From positions 1 through 64,000 of the IMG/VR virus record IMGVR_UViG_3300028888_000069: 64,000 nucleotides of DNA; one strand, given 5' to 3'. The notes beneath the pieces were generated by a model. It had not been told where the DNA came from, did not search any database, and saw only the letters and a program-made list of their open reading frames with translations. The DNA comes from a virus (lineage: Duplodnaviria > Caudoviricetes). Shown here piece by piece: positions 1 to 7,229 of the stretch (its first letter is position 1; each line of letters begins with the position of its first letter). Both the position numbers and the translations under genes were made by a program.

Positions 1-460
1 TCTCATAATCGTGTAGAGACTGAACGGGTGATACCTAAGTTGAAATTATAAAGAATCAAGGTACGGAAAACCTTATTAAAACCAATGTTATTCATGATTC
101 TTTATTACCTGCAGGAATTTCAATATGGTAAAGAGACTGAACGGGTGATACCTAAGTTGAAATTATACAAAGATAACACAGATAGGATTCGTAGTCCTAT
201 TGTTGGTACGAGAGTATGCAAATCACGTAAATTGTTTGTTATCTGAGTATTACTTGCAAGAATTTCAATATGGTAAAGAGACAGTCCAGACCACAACAAA
301 CAATTATACATAATAAGGTCGCAAGACGTGGTTGTACCCATTAAAAGGTAAGAAATGCTAAGTTGTTGCAACCTGGGGAAGCCCACATACGTATATGTGA
401 ACTTGAAGTAAATTCAACTTATTATTGAAATTGTTTGGCTATGGTAACATAGAGTGGTAA
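1..460 (+). ncRNA. Group I intron-like catalytic RNA, 3' portion (5' part lies upstream of the window)
   Basis: R-like GTAGAGACTG (13-22) and S-like AAAGAGACAGTCC (275-287) can form P7 (GACTG/CAGTC). P8-like stem GTTGAAATT..AATTTCAA. P9-like long-range pairs ACCAC(290-294)/GTGGT(454-458) and AAACAATT/AATTGTTT. Several nested hairpins. The terminal G cannot be fixed. Confidence 0.6.
15..282 (+). repeat. Tandem duplication inside the intron-like RNA
   Basis: 36-bp identical repeat at 15-50 and 132-167; 35-bp repeat with 2 mismatches at 103-137 and 248-282; the inner segments are unrelated. Confidence 0.9.
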
Positions 461-522
461 AAATTTGGTAAATTGTGAGTTCAGCCCTCTCTAAACCCAT
501 ATATTATTTTATTTTTATTAAC

Positions 523-1737
523 ATGTATTTACCAAAACGAGAAAATTATTTTTAGGTATCTGATAAATATTTATTAAATATATTTGATGTAATTTCTAAA
601 TATCCTATAAAAAATATATTAGATTTAGGAAGTGGAAGAACATCAGTATTTTTTAATAAATATTGTTCATATGCAAATATTTACAGTATAGAAAATGATG
701 ATGCGTATATAAGCAAAGATTATAATATTTATAAAGTTGATGCAATAATAAATGAAGATGAGTCATATTATAATAATGATCAATTATTTAATATTATTGG
801 TGATACAAAATTTGATCTTATAAGTATTGACGGTCCGATTGGATATGAAGTAAATCATCCAAGACAGAATATACTACAAATAATTGACAATAAATTGTTA
901 AATGATGATTATTTTATATTTTTACATGATACTAAAAGGCCAGGTGAACAATGGCTTATTGATCAAATTTTTAAGTGTCTTGAAAATAATAACTATAATT
1001 TTAGATATAAGAATTTGAAAGTTGATCATGGTGCAATTTTAATATATAATGTAAATCATCAAAAAACAATATTATGTCCATGTTGTAACCATTCAATTTT
1101 AAAAGATAATTTATTATATACAGGTAATAATTCATCAATTTTAGATAAATATTATTTGATCGGTGCGGGTCCAAGAAAAACTAGTTGTCCGCATTGTGAA
1201 TCAAATGATAGGTCAAGACTAATATATTTATATTTGAGATCTCTTGACTTTACTAATAAGAATGTTTTGTATGTTTCTCCAGAAAAGGAAATAGATATAT
1301 CATTTGATAAAGCAAACTTATATGAACGTATATGTAATTTTTCTGAGTTATATGATAGTTATCGTAATAATGTAAAAAATGTAGATATATGTGATATGAG
1401 TTGTTATGATGACAATACTTTTGATTTTATTATATGTAATCATGTATTAGAACATATTATAGATGAAAATAAAGCATTGTCTGAATTACATAGGGTTTTA
1501 AAGAAAAATGGTATATTAATTATGCAAGTACCTTTGGCAATCGGATTAGAAGATACACTTCATAGAACTGATGAGATAAAGTTAGATAATCCTTCTCATA
1601 AAAGATTGTATGGAGATAATTACCAAATACATATAGAAAAATATGGATTCACATCTGAAAAAGTTTATTTAGCTGATAAGTTTAAAAACTATGGATTGAA
1701 TCCATTAGAATATATAAATATATTTAAACCAATCTAA
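523..1737 (+). CDS. Two-domain SAM-dependent methyltransferase (404 aa if TAG at 553-555 is read through)
   Basis: ATG at 523 is in frame with ORF 895-1737, and the only interruption is TAG at codon 11. N-domain has ILDLGSG, YSIE and SIDGP..HD motifs; C-domain has CPCC/CPHC and FDFIICNHVLEH (Methyltransf_11-like). Confidence 0.8.
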
Positions 1738-1804
1738 AGAGCAGGTGTCAAACTCCTGCGCCGGTAAAACGGATAGCATAGTAGAATGCGTTAGATTGGT
1801 TTTT

Positions 1805-2134
1805 GGGGCTTATTTGGTTTTGATTGTATATTAAAGTAATAAAATCATGCAGGAGAGTTGAATCCTTAAATTTGACAAACATATAATTGGCGAAACTACT
1901 TATCGCATGGCAGCGTAATCTTGTGTAAGACCGATTTTTATATCCTTGGCGCAGCCCGAGTAGAAAGCATATCTCGGGAACAGAAAGCTTTCAAAACTTT
2001 TTCTTACATGAATTCTTAAGTTAAAAAGAAACAATGATCCCAAAGTTGTTGCCAGACCTGAAAACTGGATAAGCATGTTAAATAGTTTTATTATGGATGT
2101 ATATAAGACACGGGTTCGAATCCCGTAAGCTCCA
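1805..2134 (+). ncRNA. ssrA: tmRNA (transfer-messenger RNA)
   Basis: 5' GGGGCTT pairs with 3' AAGCTCC-A, giving the G3-U70 Ala identity pair; T-arm ACGGGTTCGAATCCCGT; tag ORF 1889-1918 GETTYRMAA-TAA resembles Bacteroidota tags (GETNYALAA type). Confidence 0.95.
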
Positions 2135-2140
2135 CTAAAT

Positions 2141-2225
2141 GGCTCGATGATGGAATTGGTATACATGAAGCACTTAAACTGCTTTGGACATTATGTCCAT
2201 GTGGGTTCAAGTCCCACTCGAGCTA
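2141..2225 (+). tRNA. tRNA-Leu (anticodon UAA)
   Basis: Acceptor GGCTCGA/TCGAGCT-A; D-loop GGAATTGGTA; anticodon stem AAGCA/TGCTT with loop CT-TAA-AC; long variable arm TGGACA-TTA-TGTCCA; T-arm GTGGG-TTCAAGT-CCCAC; CCA not encoded. Confidence 0.93.
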
Positions 2226-2345
2226 CTAACTTATATAACACGTTGTTCTAACTACATTCGGCACAAAATTAGTTAGTGACTTTTTCAATTTGTTTTTCAA
2301 CACGAAGAAATAAATAACAAAGGCATGTATAATGCACAAGTATTA

Positions 2346-2375
2346 GGAAGAGTGACTACCGCTCTTCCATTTTTT
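2346..2375 (+). terminator. Rho-independent terminator after the tmRNA/tRNA unit
   Basis: GGAAGAGTG-actac-CGCTCTTCC followed by a T-run. Confidence 0.75.
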
Positions 2376-2403
2376 GTATAAATACATCATTATAGTTGTT
2401 AAA

Positions 2404-2438
2404 TTTGTAAGGAATTAAAATTTTGAATATATTTATAT
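2404..2438 (+). promoter_or_regulatory. Candidate promoter TTTG-N20-TATATTTATAT
   Basis: Same bipartite motif recurs in intergenic DNA at 22614, 35047 and 38532; spacing matches the Bacteroidota -33/-7 promoter. Confidence 0.55.
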
Positions 2439-2578
2439 TCAACGCTTAAATATTTTATATTTTGACGAAATTCCACCTCTTAGATAAATTTATAAACCCA
2501 AAAAATTTGTAAAGTTATGACAAAGAGAGAAACAAATTTTAGAAGGTATTTTAAAATCACAGAAATACCTAATCTATA

Positions 2579-2707
2579 ATGAATAGATTGAAAAAAGTTC
2601 TAATATCAATGATTGTTTATGCTGTCTGTCTCTCACCATCTGTCCAGCAGGATGATCGTTCGATATTTTCAAATTTTGTTATATCCAATACGGATAAGAT
2701 TGTTTAA
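2579..2707 (+). CDS. Small hypothetical protein with hydrophobic N-terminus (42 aa)
   Basis: MNRLKKVLISMIVYAVCLSPS...; below the ORF-track cutoff. Confidence 0.35.
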   Translation: MNRLKKVLISMIVYAVCLSPSVQQDDRSIFSNFVISNTDKIV

Positions 2708-2722
2708 TTTTTTAAATTTTAA

Positions 2723-2896
2723 ATGAAAATGAGAAAATTGTTTTTTGCAATGGCTGCTATCGCAGCTTTAACAGTAATTAGCTGTAACAAATCAAAAACT
2801 CAACCGGCTGACGTTGAGAACGACACTACAGTAGTTGATTCTACAACCGTTGATTCTACAGTAGTTGATTCAGCAGTTGTTGCAGAAGTTGAATAA
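2723..2896 (+). CDS. Small lipoprotein with D-S/T repeats (57 aa)
   Basis: MKMRKLFFAMAAIAALTVIS-C lipobox followed by NDTTVVDSTTVDSTVVDSAV; missed by the ORF track. Confidence 0.8.
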   Translation: MKMRKLFFAMAAIAALTVISCNKSKTQPADVENDTTVVDSTTVDSTVVDSAVVAEVE

Positions 2897-2941
2897 TAAT
2901 AACAACTTTTGAAAAAGTCTATTAGTACTATAACTAATGGT

Positions 2942-3005
2942 TAGTCCATCGTTTAATCGGATAAGACTTGGCTCAAAAGAGGAGTTCGACTCTCCTCTGG
3001 ACTAC
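2942..3005 (+). ncRNA. tRNA-like element lacking a proper anticodon arm
   Basis: Acceptor TAGTCCA/TGGACTA; D-arm GTTT-AATCGGATA-AGAC; T-arm GAGGAG-TTCGACT-CTCCTC; only TTGGCTCAAAA lies between the D and T arms. Confidence 0.65.
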
Positions 3006-3028
3006 TAATTTTTTATTTAAATGTTATT

Positions 3029-3286
3029 ATGAGTAGAAGTATCAAAAAGTTTGCTATTATCAAGGATAAAGGCAATGAGTTCTATAACAGAACTATTAGA
3101 AGAAAGAATAAAGAGAAAATTAAAAAAGATACTAAACACATAAAAGATGTAGAAGAAATAGATTTATTAAATCCCAGAAAAATCATAAATGATTATGATA
3201 TTATGGATTATAAATATATTGCTAATAATTCTCCTTTAAATAGAAAATGGAAAAACAAGAATGTACAAAAAGAATATAGGAAATGA
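3029..3286 (+). CDS. Basic hypothetical protein
   Basis: 85-aa Lys/Arg-rich ORF (MSRSIKK...) with attATG start. Confidence 0.7.
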   Translation: MSRSIKKFAIIKDKGNEFYNRTIRRKNKEKIKKDTKHIKDVEEIDLLNPRKIINDYDIMDYKYIANNSPLNRKWKNKNVQKEYRK

Positions 3287-3468
3287 CTTTGAAAAAGTAC
3301 GTTAAACCAATGTGTACTGAAGAAAACAGTACATTAGATTGTGTAATGAAGCAAGGTAGTTCAAGACCTGGAAATGGATATGGAGATGATAATCATGAAC
3401 ATCATGGGCCACATCCTGTAAAAGAAAGGAATCCCTTTGAACCCATTGATTCATTAAATATTTGGTAA
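3283..3468 (+). CDS. Small peptide with KKYxKP leader-like N-terminus
   Basis: MTLKKYVKPMC...QGSSRPGNGYGDDNHEHHGP; ATGA overlap with the previous gene. Confidence 0.6.
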   Translation: MTLKKYVKPMCTEENSTLDCVMKQGSSRPGNGYGDDNHEHHGPHPVKERNPFEPIDSLNIW

Positions 3469-3497
3469 GATTTATTTAACTTTAATTTTTTTTTATT

Positions 3498-3569
3498 ATG
3501 GAGTATTTAATGGCAGGTTACGCAGCCTTAATGGTCATAGTAAGCGTAACATCGTTCTTAAAGGACTAA
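3498..3569 (+). CDS. 23-aa hydrophobic peptide
   Basis: MEYLMAGYAALMVIVSVTSFLKD, attATG start, followed by hairpin CAAGACTC-aatacg-GAGTCTTG. Confidence 0.45.
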   Translation: MEYLMAGYAALMVIVSVTSFLKD

Positions 3570-3614
3570 TTTTAAAAAAAAGAAAAGGCAAGACTCAATA
3601 CGGAGTCTTGTTAT

Positions 3615-3660
3615 TTGGTAGGCAGGAGATTTTATTGTGGTTCGATTCCACAACTATCAA
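3615..3660 (+). ncRNA. Minimal tRNA-like minihelix (acceptor stem plus T-arm)
   Basis: TTGGTAG/CTATCAA closing stem, TTGTGG-TTCGATT-CCACAA T-arm, 13-nt linker in place of the D and anticodon arms. Confidence 0.55.
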
Positions 3661-3665
3661 CTATA

Positions 3666-3697
3666 AGCAGCAGGCATTTTTGTCTGCTGTTTTTTTT
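3666..3697 (+). terminator. Rho-independent terminator
   Basis: GCAGCAGGCA-tttt-TGTCTGCTGT followed by a T-run. Confidence 0.8.
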
Positions 3698-3727
3698 ATT
3701 TTATAACTCTCTAAAAATTATATAATT

Positions 3728-4384
3728 ATGTTAGATCAAAAAGAAATATTTAATAGAGCATACAATGAATGTATGACAGAAATGTATGCCAAAGCTCAAC
3801 CTTCCGCTGATTGGAATCAAATATTAAAAGATTTCAAGGAAGGAAAGTATGACAAGAATACCAGAATATATGAAAGGTATTATCTCTCTCAAGAAGAATT
3901 TGCTTACATTCTAAATAAATATATAGTGGCTTATAATTTTAAAGAAAGATGGACAGATTATGTAGATACTGTAACATCTTGGTTTGAAAAAGGTGGATAT
4001 AAGCCTAACTATAATAAAAATGTAGCAAGGTATAAAGAAATGAGTCCTGCAAAAGATATTATAGATAGACTTTGTAAAGACAAAGATTTATCTTATAAAA
4101 TCTGGAATGTAATAATGTTCTATTTAGAATCCTGTAAGAATTTCTATAGATTTGATAGAACAGAAAGTGATTTTAGAATAGCTATATTCTTAGGTGCTTC
4201 TCCTTCTTCTAATAAAGAAGCTGTTAAAAAATGGTGGAAAGATAATAAAGGTATAGATATTGAAATAGAAGACAGGAATCCTTCATTACTTTGGGATAAA
4301 GATTATTATGGAGATGAATTTGAAGAAGTAATGAAAGAAGAATATGGAGAAAACTGGAGAGAAGAATGGAATAAAACTAAATGA
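3728..4384 (+). CDS. Hypothetical protein
   Basis: 218-aa ORF, first gene after the terminator. Confidence 0.8.
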   Translation: MLDQKEIFNRAYNECMTEMYAKAQPSADWNQILKDFKEGKYDKNTRIYERYYLSQEEFAYILNKYIVAYNFKERWTDYVDTVTSWFEKGGYKPNYNKNVARYKEMSPAKDIIDRLCKDKDLSYKIWNVIMFYLESCKNFYRFDRTESDFRIAIFLGASPSSNKEAVKKWWKDNKGIDIEIEDRNPSLLWDKDYYGDEFEEVMKEEYGENWREEWNKTK

Positions 4385-4743
4385 TTATGAAAAGAAAAAT
4401 ACAGCCTATACAATACGGTGCTTCTTGGGATTTAGGACAAGTTATAGGAATTGATAAAATAAGTATTACTTATACTCAATCTCCTGATACTAATTCCGAT
4501 AGAGATGAAGATCAATATCTTACTATAGAAACTCAAATAGGAGGAAGTTTAGCTACATTAGAAGATGCCTCTAAAAAAGACTGTTTTTATTATAATATTT
4601 CTACTAAAAAATGGAGTATTGAAAAACCAGAAGAACTTAAAAATATTATAGAAGATTTTGAAAAGAGAATCTATATAAATCAAGAGGATCTTCCAGACCT
4701 TATAGAAAAAGAAAAAGAAAACGAAAAACATTGTCCTGTATGA
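4381..4743 (+). CDS. Hypothetical protein
   Basis: 120-aa ORF, coupled ATGA overlap. Confidence 0.75.
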   Translation: MIMKRKIQPIQYGASWDLGQVIGIDKISITYTQSPDTNSDRDEDQYLTIETQIGGSLATLEDASKKDCFYYNISTKKWSIEKPEELKNIIEDFEKRIYINQEDLPDLIEKEKENEKHCPV

Positions 4744-4862
4744 AATTTTTAATGTTATATATTACTTTAGTTTTATATTTTATAAATTTATTTAGTAAAA
4801 ATAAATACATATCTTATTTAATAATAGTCTTACTTATTTTAAATTTATTATTATGGATGTAA
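4740..4862 (+). CDS. Small two-TM membrane protein (40 aa)
   Basis: MKFLMLYITLVLYFINLFSKNKYISYLIIVLLILNLLLWM; fills the gap between ORFs with overlaps. Confidence 0.5.
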   Translation: MKFLMLYITLVLYFINLFSKNKYISYLIIVLLILNLLLWM

Positions 4863-5185
4863 AAGAATTTAAAGATTTAATTTTTCATTCTAGAAAAAGA
4901 GATTATATTAACTGTTTATTTGGTTTACACCCAGATATATCTCAATGTGTTGTATTATTTCCTAATAATTATGGTATTAGTATAATAACTGGAGGATATG
5001 GAAATGAAGAAAATCCCTATGAATGTGCAGAAGTTAAACATAATCTTGATTTAAAGGAACCAGAAGATGGTTATGGTAAGGGATTTAAATTAACTTATGA
5101 AAATTATTCTGATGTAATAGGGTATTGTGATGAGAAAAAAGTAATGGAAATCTTAGAAGAAATAAGAAATAGAAATGGAAAATAG
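4853..5185 (+). CDS. Phage hypothetical protein (ends in TAG)
   Basis: FPNNYGISII..GYG..PYE..V pattern common in phage proteins; TAG stop with TGA 14 codons later. Confidence 0.75.
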   Translation: MDVKEFKDLIFHSRKRDYINCLFGLHPDISQCVVLFPNNYGISIITGGYGNEENPYECAEVKHNLDLKEPEDGYGKGFKLTYENYSDVIGYCDEKKVMEILEEIRNRNGK

Positions 5186-5543
5186 AATAGGGAATTTAGA
5201 ATTTAGAAAGGCTACTTATTTATGTGAGGAGCCTGAACACCCCTCTTATCATATAGACTATTGGTATCCTAATGCAGATTATGGAACTGAAAAAGAATAT
5301 AATATAGATGAAACAGGAGAATGGTATTATAAAGAGGACTTCTCTTGTAGAAAACATAAATCTTGTTTTAAATATCCAGAATCCTGTTTCGCTATAGCAT
5401 CATTCGATTATGATAAGCATGAAGATTTCTATGAATTGCATTTTATAGGAGATAGACCTAAATGTCTCAGTGAAAAAGAAAAAGAAATATTTTGGGAATT
5501 GTTTTTATATGGTAATGAAGCATTAAATAATTCATATGAATAA
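5175..5543 (+). CDS. Hypothetical protein
   Basis: 122-aa ORF with overlapping coupling. Confidence 0.75.
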   Translation: MENRIGNLEFRKATYLCEEPEHPSYHIDYWYPNADYGTEKEYNIDETGEWYYKEDFSCRKHKSCFKYPESCFAIASFDYDKHEDFYELHFIGDRPKCLSEKEKEIFWELFLYGNEALNNSYE

Positions 5544-6255
5544 AGAACCAGATTTTGAAGAACAGTTTGAATCAATGGATTCTTACAATAACTGGATAAT
5601 ATGTCCAAAGGGCAATTATCCTTGGAACAAATATATGGGAGGAACGCCTGATTTGCATTGGGGTGTTCCTAATAATGGTGATAAGAATACTTCATTCATA
5701 AGACTAGACTGTGTACATCATCCAGAGGATGGTTATGTTACTTCAGGTATAAAATCCAAACAGACATTTGGTGATGGTAAAATAGAAATAAGAGCTAGAT
5801 TTAAAGGCGGTAATTCTTCTTGGCCTGCTATATGGCTAAAGAACTATAAATCTGATAAGTACTATGAGATAGATTTATGCGAATACTTTGAAAGAAGACC
5901 TTGGTGTAAGACAGGTATATTTATGCCTAAACACCTTAAAAAGGGATTAAAAAGATTATTTAGACCAAAAGCACACCCTTTTATAAAACGAAATGATTGG
6001 AATACTTTTACTTGTGAGTGGGATGAAAATGTCATATTTATCTATGTAAATGACAAATTAGTATTGGACTATTGGAATACAGAAGTAAATTCTGATAGAT
6101 ACCCACAAACTCCTGAAGACAGACAGTTTAGTCTTATACTATCTATGCAATATGATCATTCTTGGTGTTTGCCAAAATGCAAAAAACAACTTCCTCTTTA
6201 TATGGATATTGATTATGTTAAATATTGGAAAAAAGACATTAACAGTGTATTGTAA
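5536..6255 (+). CDS. Glycoside hydrolase family 16-like protein
   Basis: TSG.I.S..TF..G.IEIRARF, WPAIWL, catalytic EIDLCE, W....I..YVND and MDIDYVKYW motifs. Confidence 0.85.
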   Translation: MNKEPDFEEQFESMDSYNNWIICPKGNYPWNKYMGGTPDLHWGVPNNGDKNTSFIRLDCVHHPEDGYVTSGIKSKQTFGDGKIEIRARFKGGNSSWPAIWLKNYKSDKYYEIDLCEYFERRPWCKTGIFMPKHLKKGLKRLFRPKAHPFIKRNDWNTFTCEWDENVIFIYVNDKLVLDYWNTEVNSDRYPQTPEDRQFSLILSMQYDHSWCLPKCKKQLPLYMDIDYVKYWKKDINSVL

Positions 6256-6400
6256 CCAATAGGAACTCTACACTATTTAGAAAAGTCAATATAAGGGAAA
6301 AAGGGTTTATAGTACCAATCTTCAAACCAGAAACCCTGAGGCATTTAAGCCAACAGACCATTGGGTAATTCCATAGGAGTGCTGTTAGGGAGATTATTGA
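6215..6400 (+). CDS. Possible TAG-recoded small ORF (61 aa, 4 in-frame TAG)
   Basis: attATG start at 6215, four TAG and no TAA before TGA at 6398; fills an otherwise ORF-less gap. Confidence 0.35.
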
Positions 6401-6441
6401 CTTTAATCATTTTGATAAATAATTATTTAATAATATTAATT

Positions 6442-6693
6442 ATGGAAAGGCAAGAACAAATTGAACAAGAAGAGCCCTACACTAAAATCCCGATGCCTGA
6501 ACCATACTTGGAAAATATGTATAAGTCATTGACTGAATATCCTAAAAAACGTCTTGTTGATATTGATAAAGTTTGTGAATGGCTTGAAGAGCATCTATAT
6601 GACTATTGGAGCCAGAAGATTACTGACCCTACAGAGTTTATTAACGAATTAAAAAATGAATTATGGAACAGTACATTAACAAGGCCAAAGTAA
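6442..6693 (+). CDS. Array protein, IDKVCEWL family
   Basis: Start moved to ATG 6442; C-terminal IDKVCEWL..FINELK shared with 6972, 14735 and 19374. Confidence 0.7.
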   Translation: MERQEQIEQEEPYTKIPMPEPYLENMYKSLTEYPKKRLVDIDKVCEWLEEHLYDYWSQKITDPTEFINELKNELWNSTLTRPK

Positions 6694-6727
6694 TAGCAGA
6701 GATAGAGAGAATTAAAAGGGAAGAGAA

Positions 6728-6970
6728 ATGAAAGTAGGAAGAGATTATTCGTGGTGGGTAAGTTATTCATGGATTTATGAATGGCTTGAAGAAGAGAGTG
6801 GCGAATGGATTTCAGATAGAGATTTTGAAGCAGAGCGGTTTTACTGCAACAAAAAGGACATAAAGAGAGAAGTAGAGAAAAAAGCGGTTGAATCAATGAA
6901 TGGCTTAAAATATCGTAACCTTATAGTGACTATCAACGATTGTTATAAAACTACAATAGCAGAAATTTAA
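6728..6970 (+). CDS. Hypothetical protein
   Basis: 80-aa ORF in the array. Confidence 0.7.
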   Translation: MKVGRDYSWWVSYSWIYEWLEEESGEWISDRDFEAERFYCNKKDIKREVEKKAVESMNGLKYRNLIVTINDCYKTTIAEI

Positions 6971-6971
6971 C

Positions 6972-7226
6972 ATGAAAACAAACGAAGCACCAGAAAAGAT
7001 TTATTTATATCCAAGTGATAGAACAGGTGGAGGATATGAGGATGAATGGGGTGATATACCTTGGGGTGATAGTGTTGAATATGTTCGCACTGATGCCTTT
7101 ATTGAAAAGGTTTGTGAATTTTTGAAATCTTATCGTCAAGATACCATTGATGGAACTGGTTATATTGCAGGTATTGTTAACGATAAAACTATTGAAGATT
7201 TAAAAAACTATATGAAAGGAGAATAA
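6972..7226 (+). CDS. Array protein (APEKIY...EYVRTDAFIEKVCEFL)
   Basis: Shares its C-terminal module with 6442. Confidence 0.75.
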   Translation: MKTNEAPEKIYLYPSDRTGGGYEDEWGDIPWGDSVEYVRTDAFIEKVCEFLKSYRQDTIDGTGYIAGIVNDKTIEDLKNYMKGE

Positions 7227-7229
7227 GCT

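Noticed and set aside
1-12. tRNA-Met anticodon loop (CTCATAA) at the window start
   Set aside because: Not followed by an anticodon stem, T-arm or acceptor; runs directly into the R-like element
15-282. CRISPR array suggested by the 36-bp direct repeat
   Set aside because: Only two copies, unequal long structured inserts, no cas genes; better explained as a duplicated group I intron core
120-386. Minus-strand ORF 120-386
   Set aside because: Antisense to the structured intron-like RNA, with no protein features
1739-1775. GCAGG-tgtcaaact-CCTGC hairpin as another tRNA remnant
   Set aside because: Loop is not TTCRA-type and there is no acceptor stem; insufficient support
1900-2166. Minus-strand ORF 1900-2166
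   Set aside because: Antisense to the tmRNA and tRNA-Leu
2141-2225. Suppressor tRNA interpretation (UUA or CUA anticodon)
   Set aside because: The 7-nt loop CT-TAA-AC centres on UAA and the body is a type II Leu tRNA; no tRNA-CUA was found in the window
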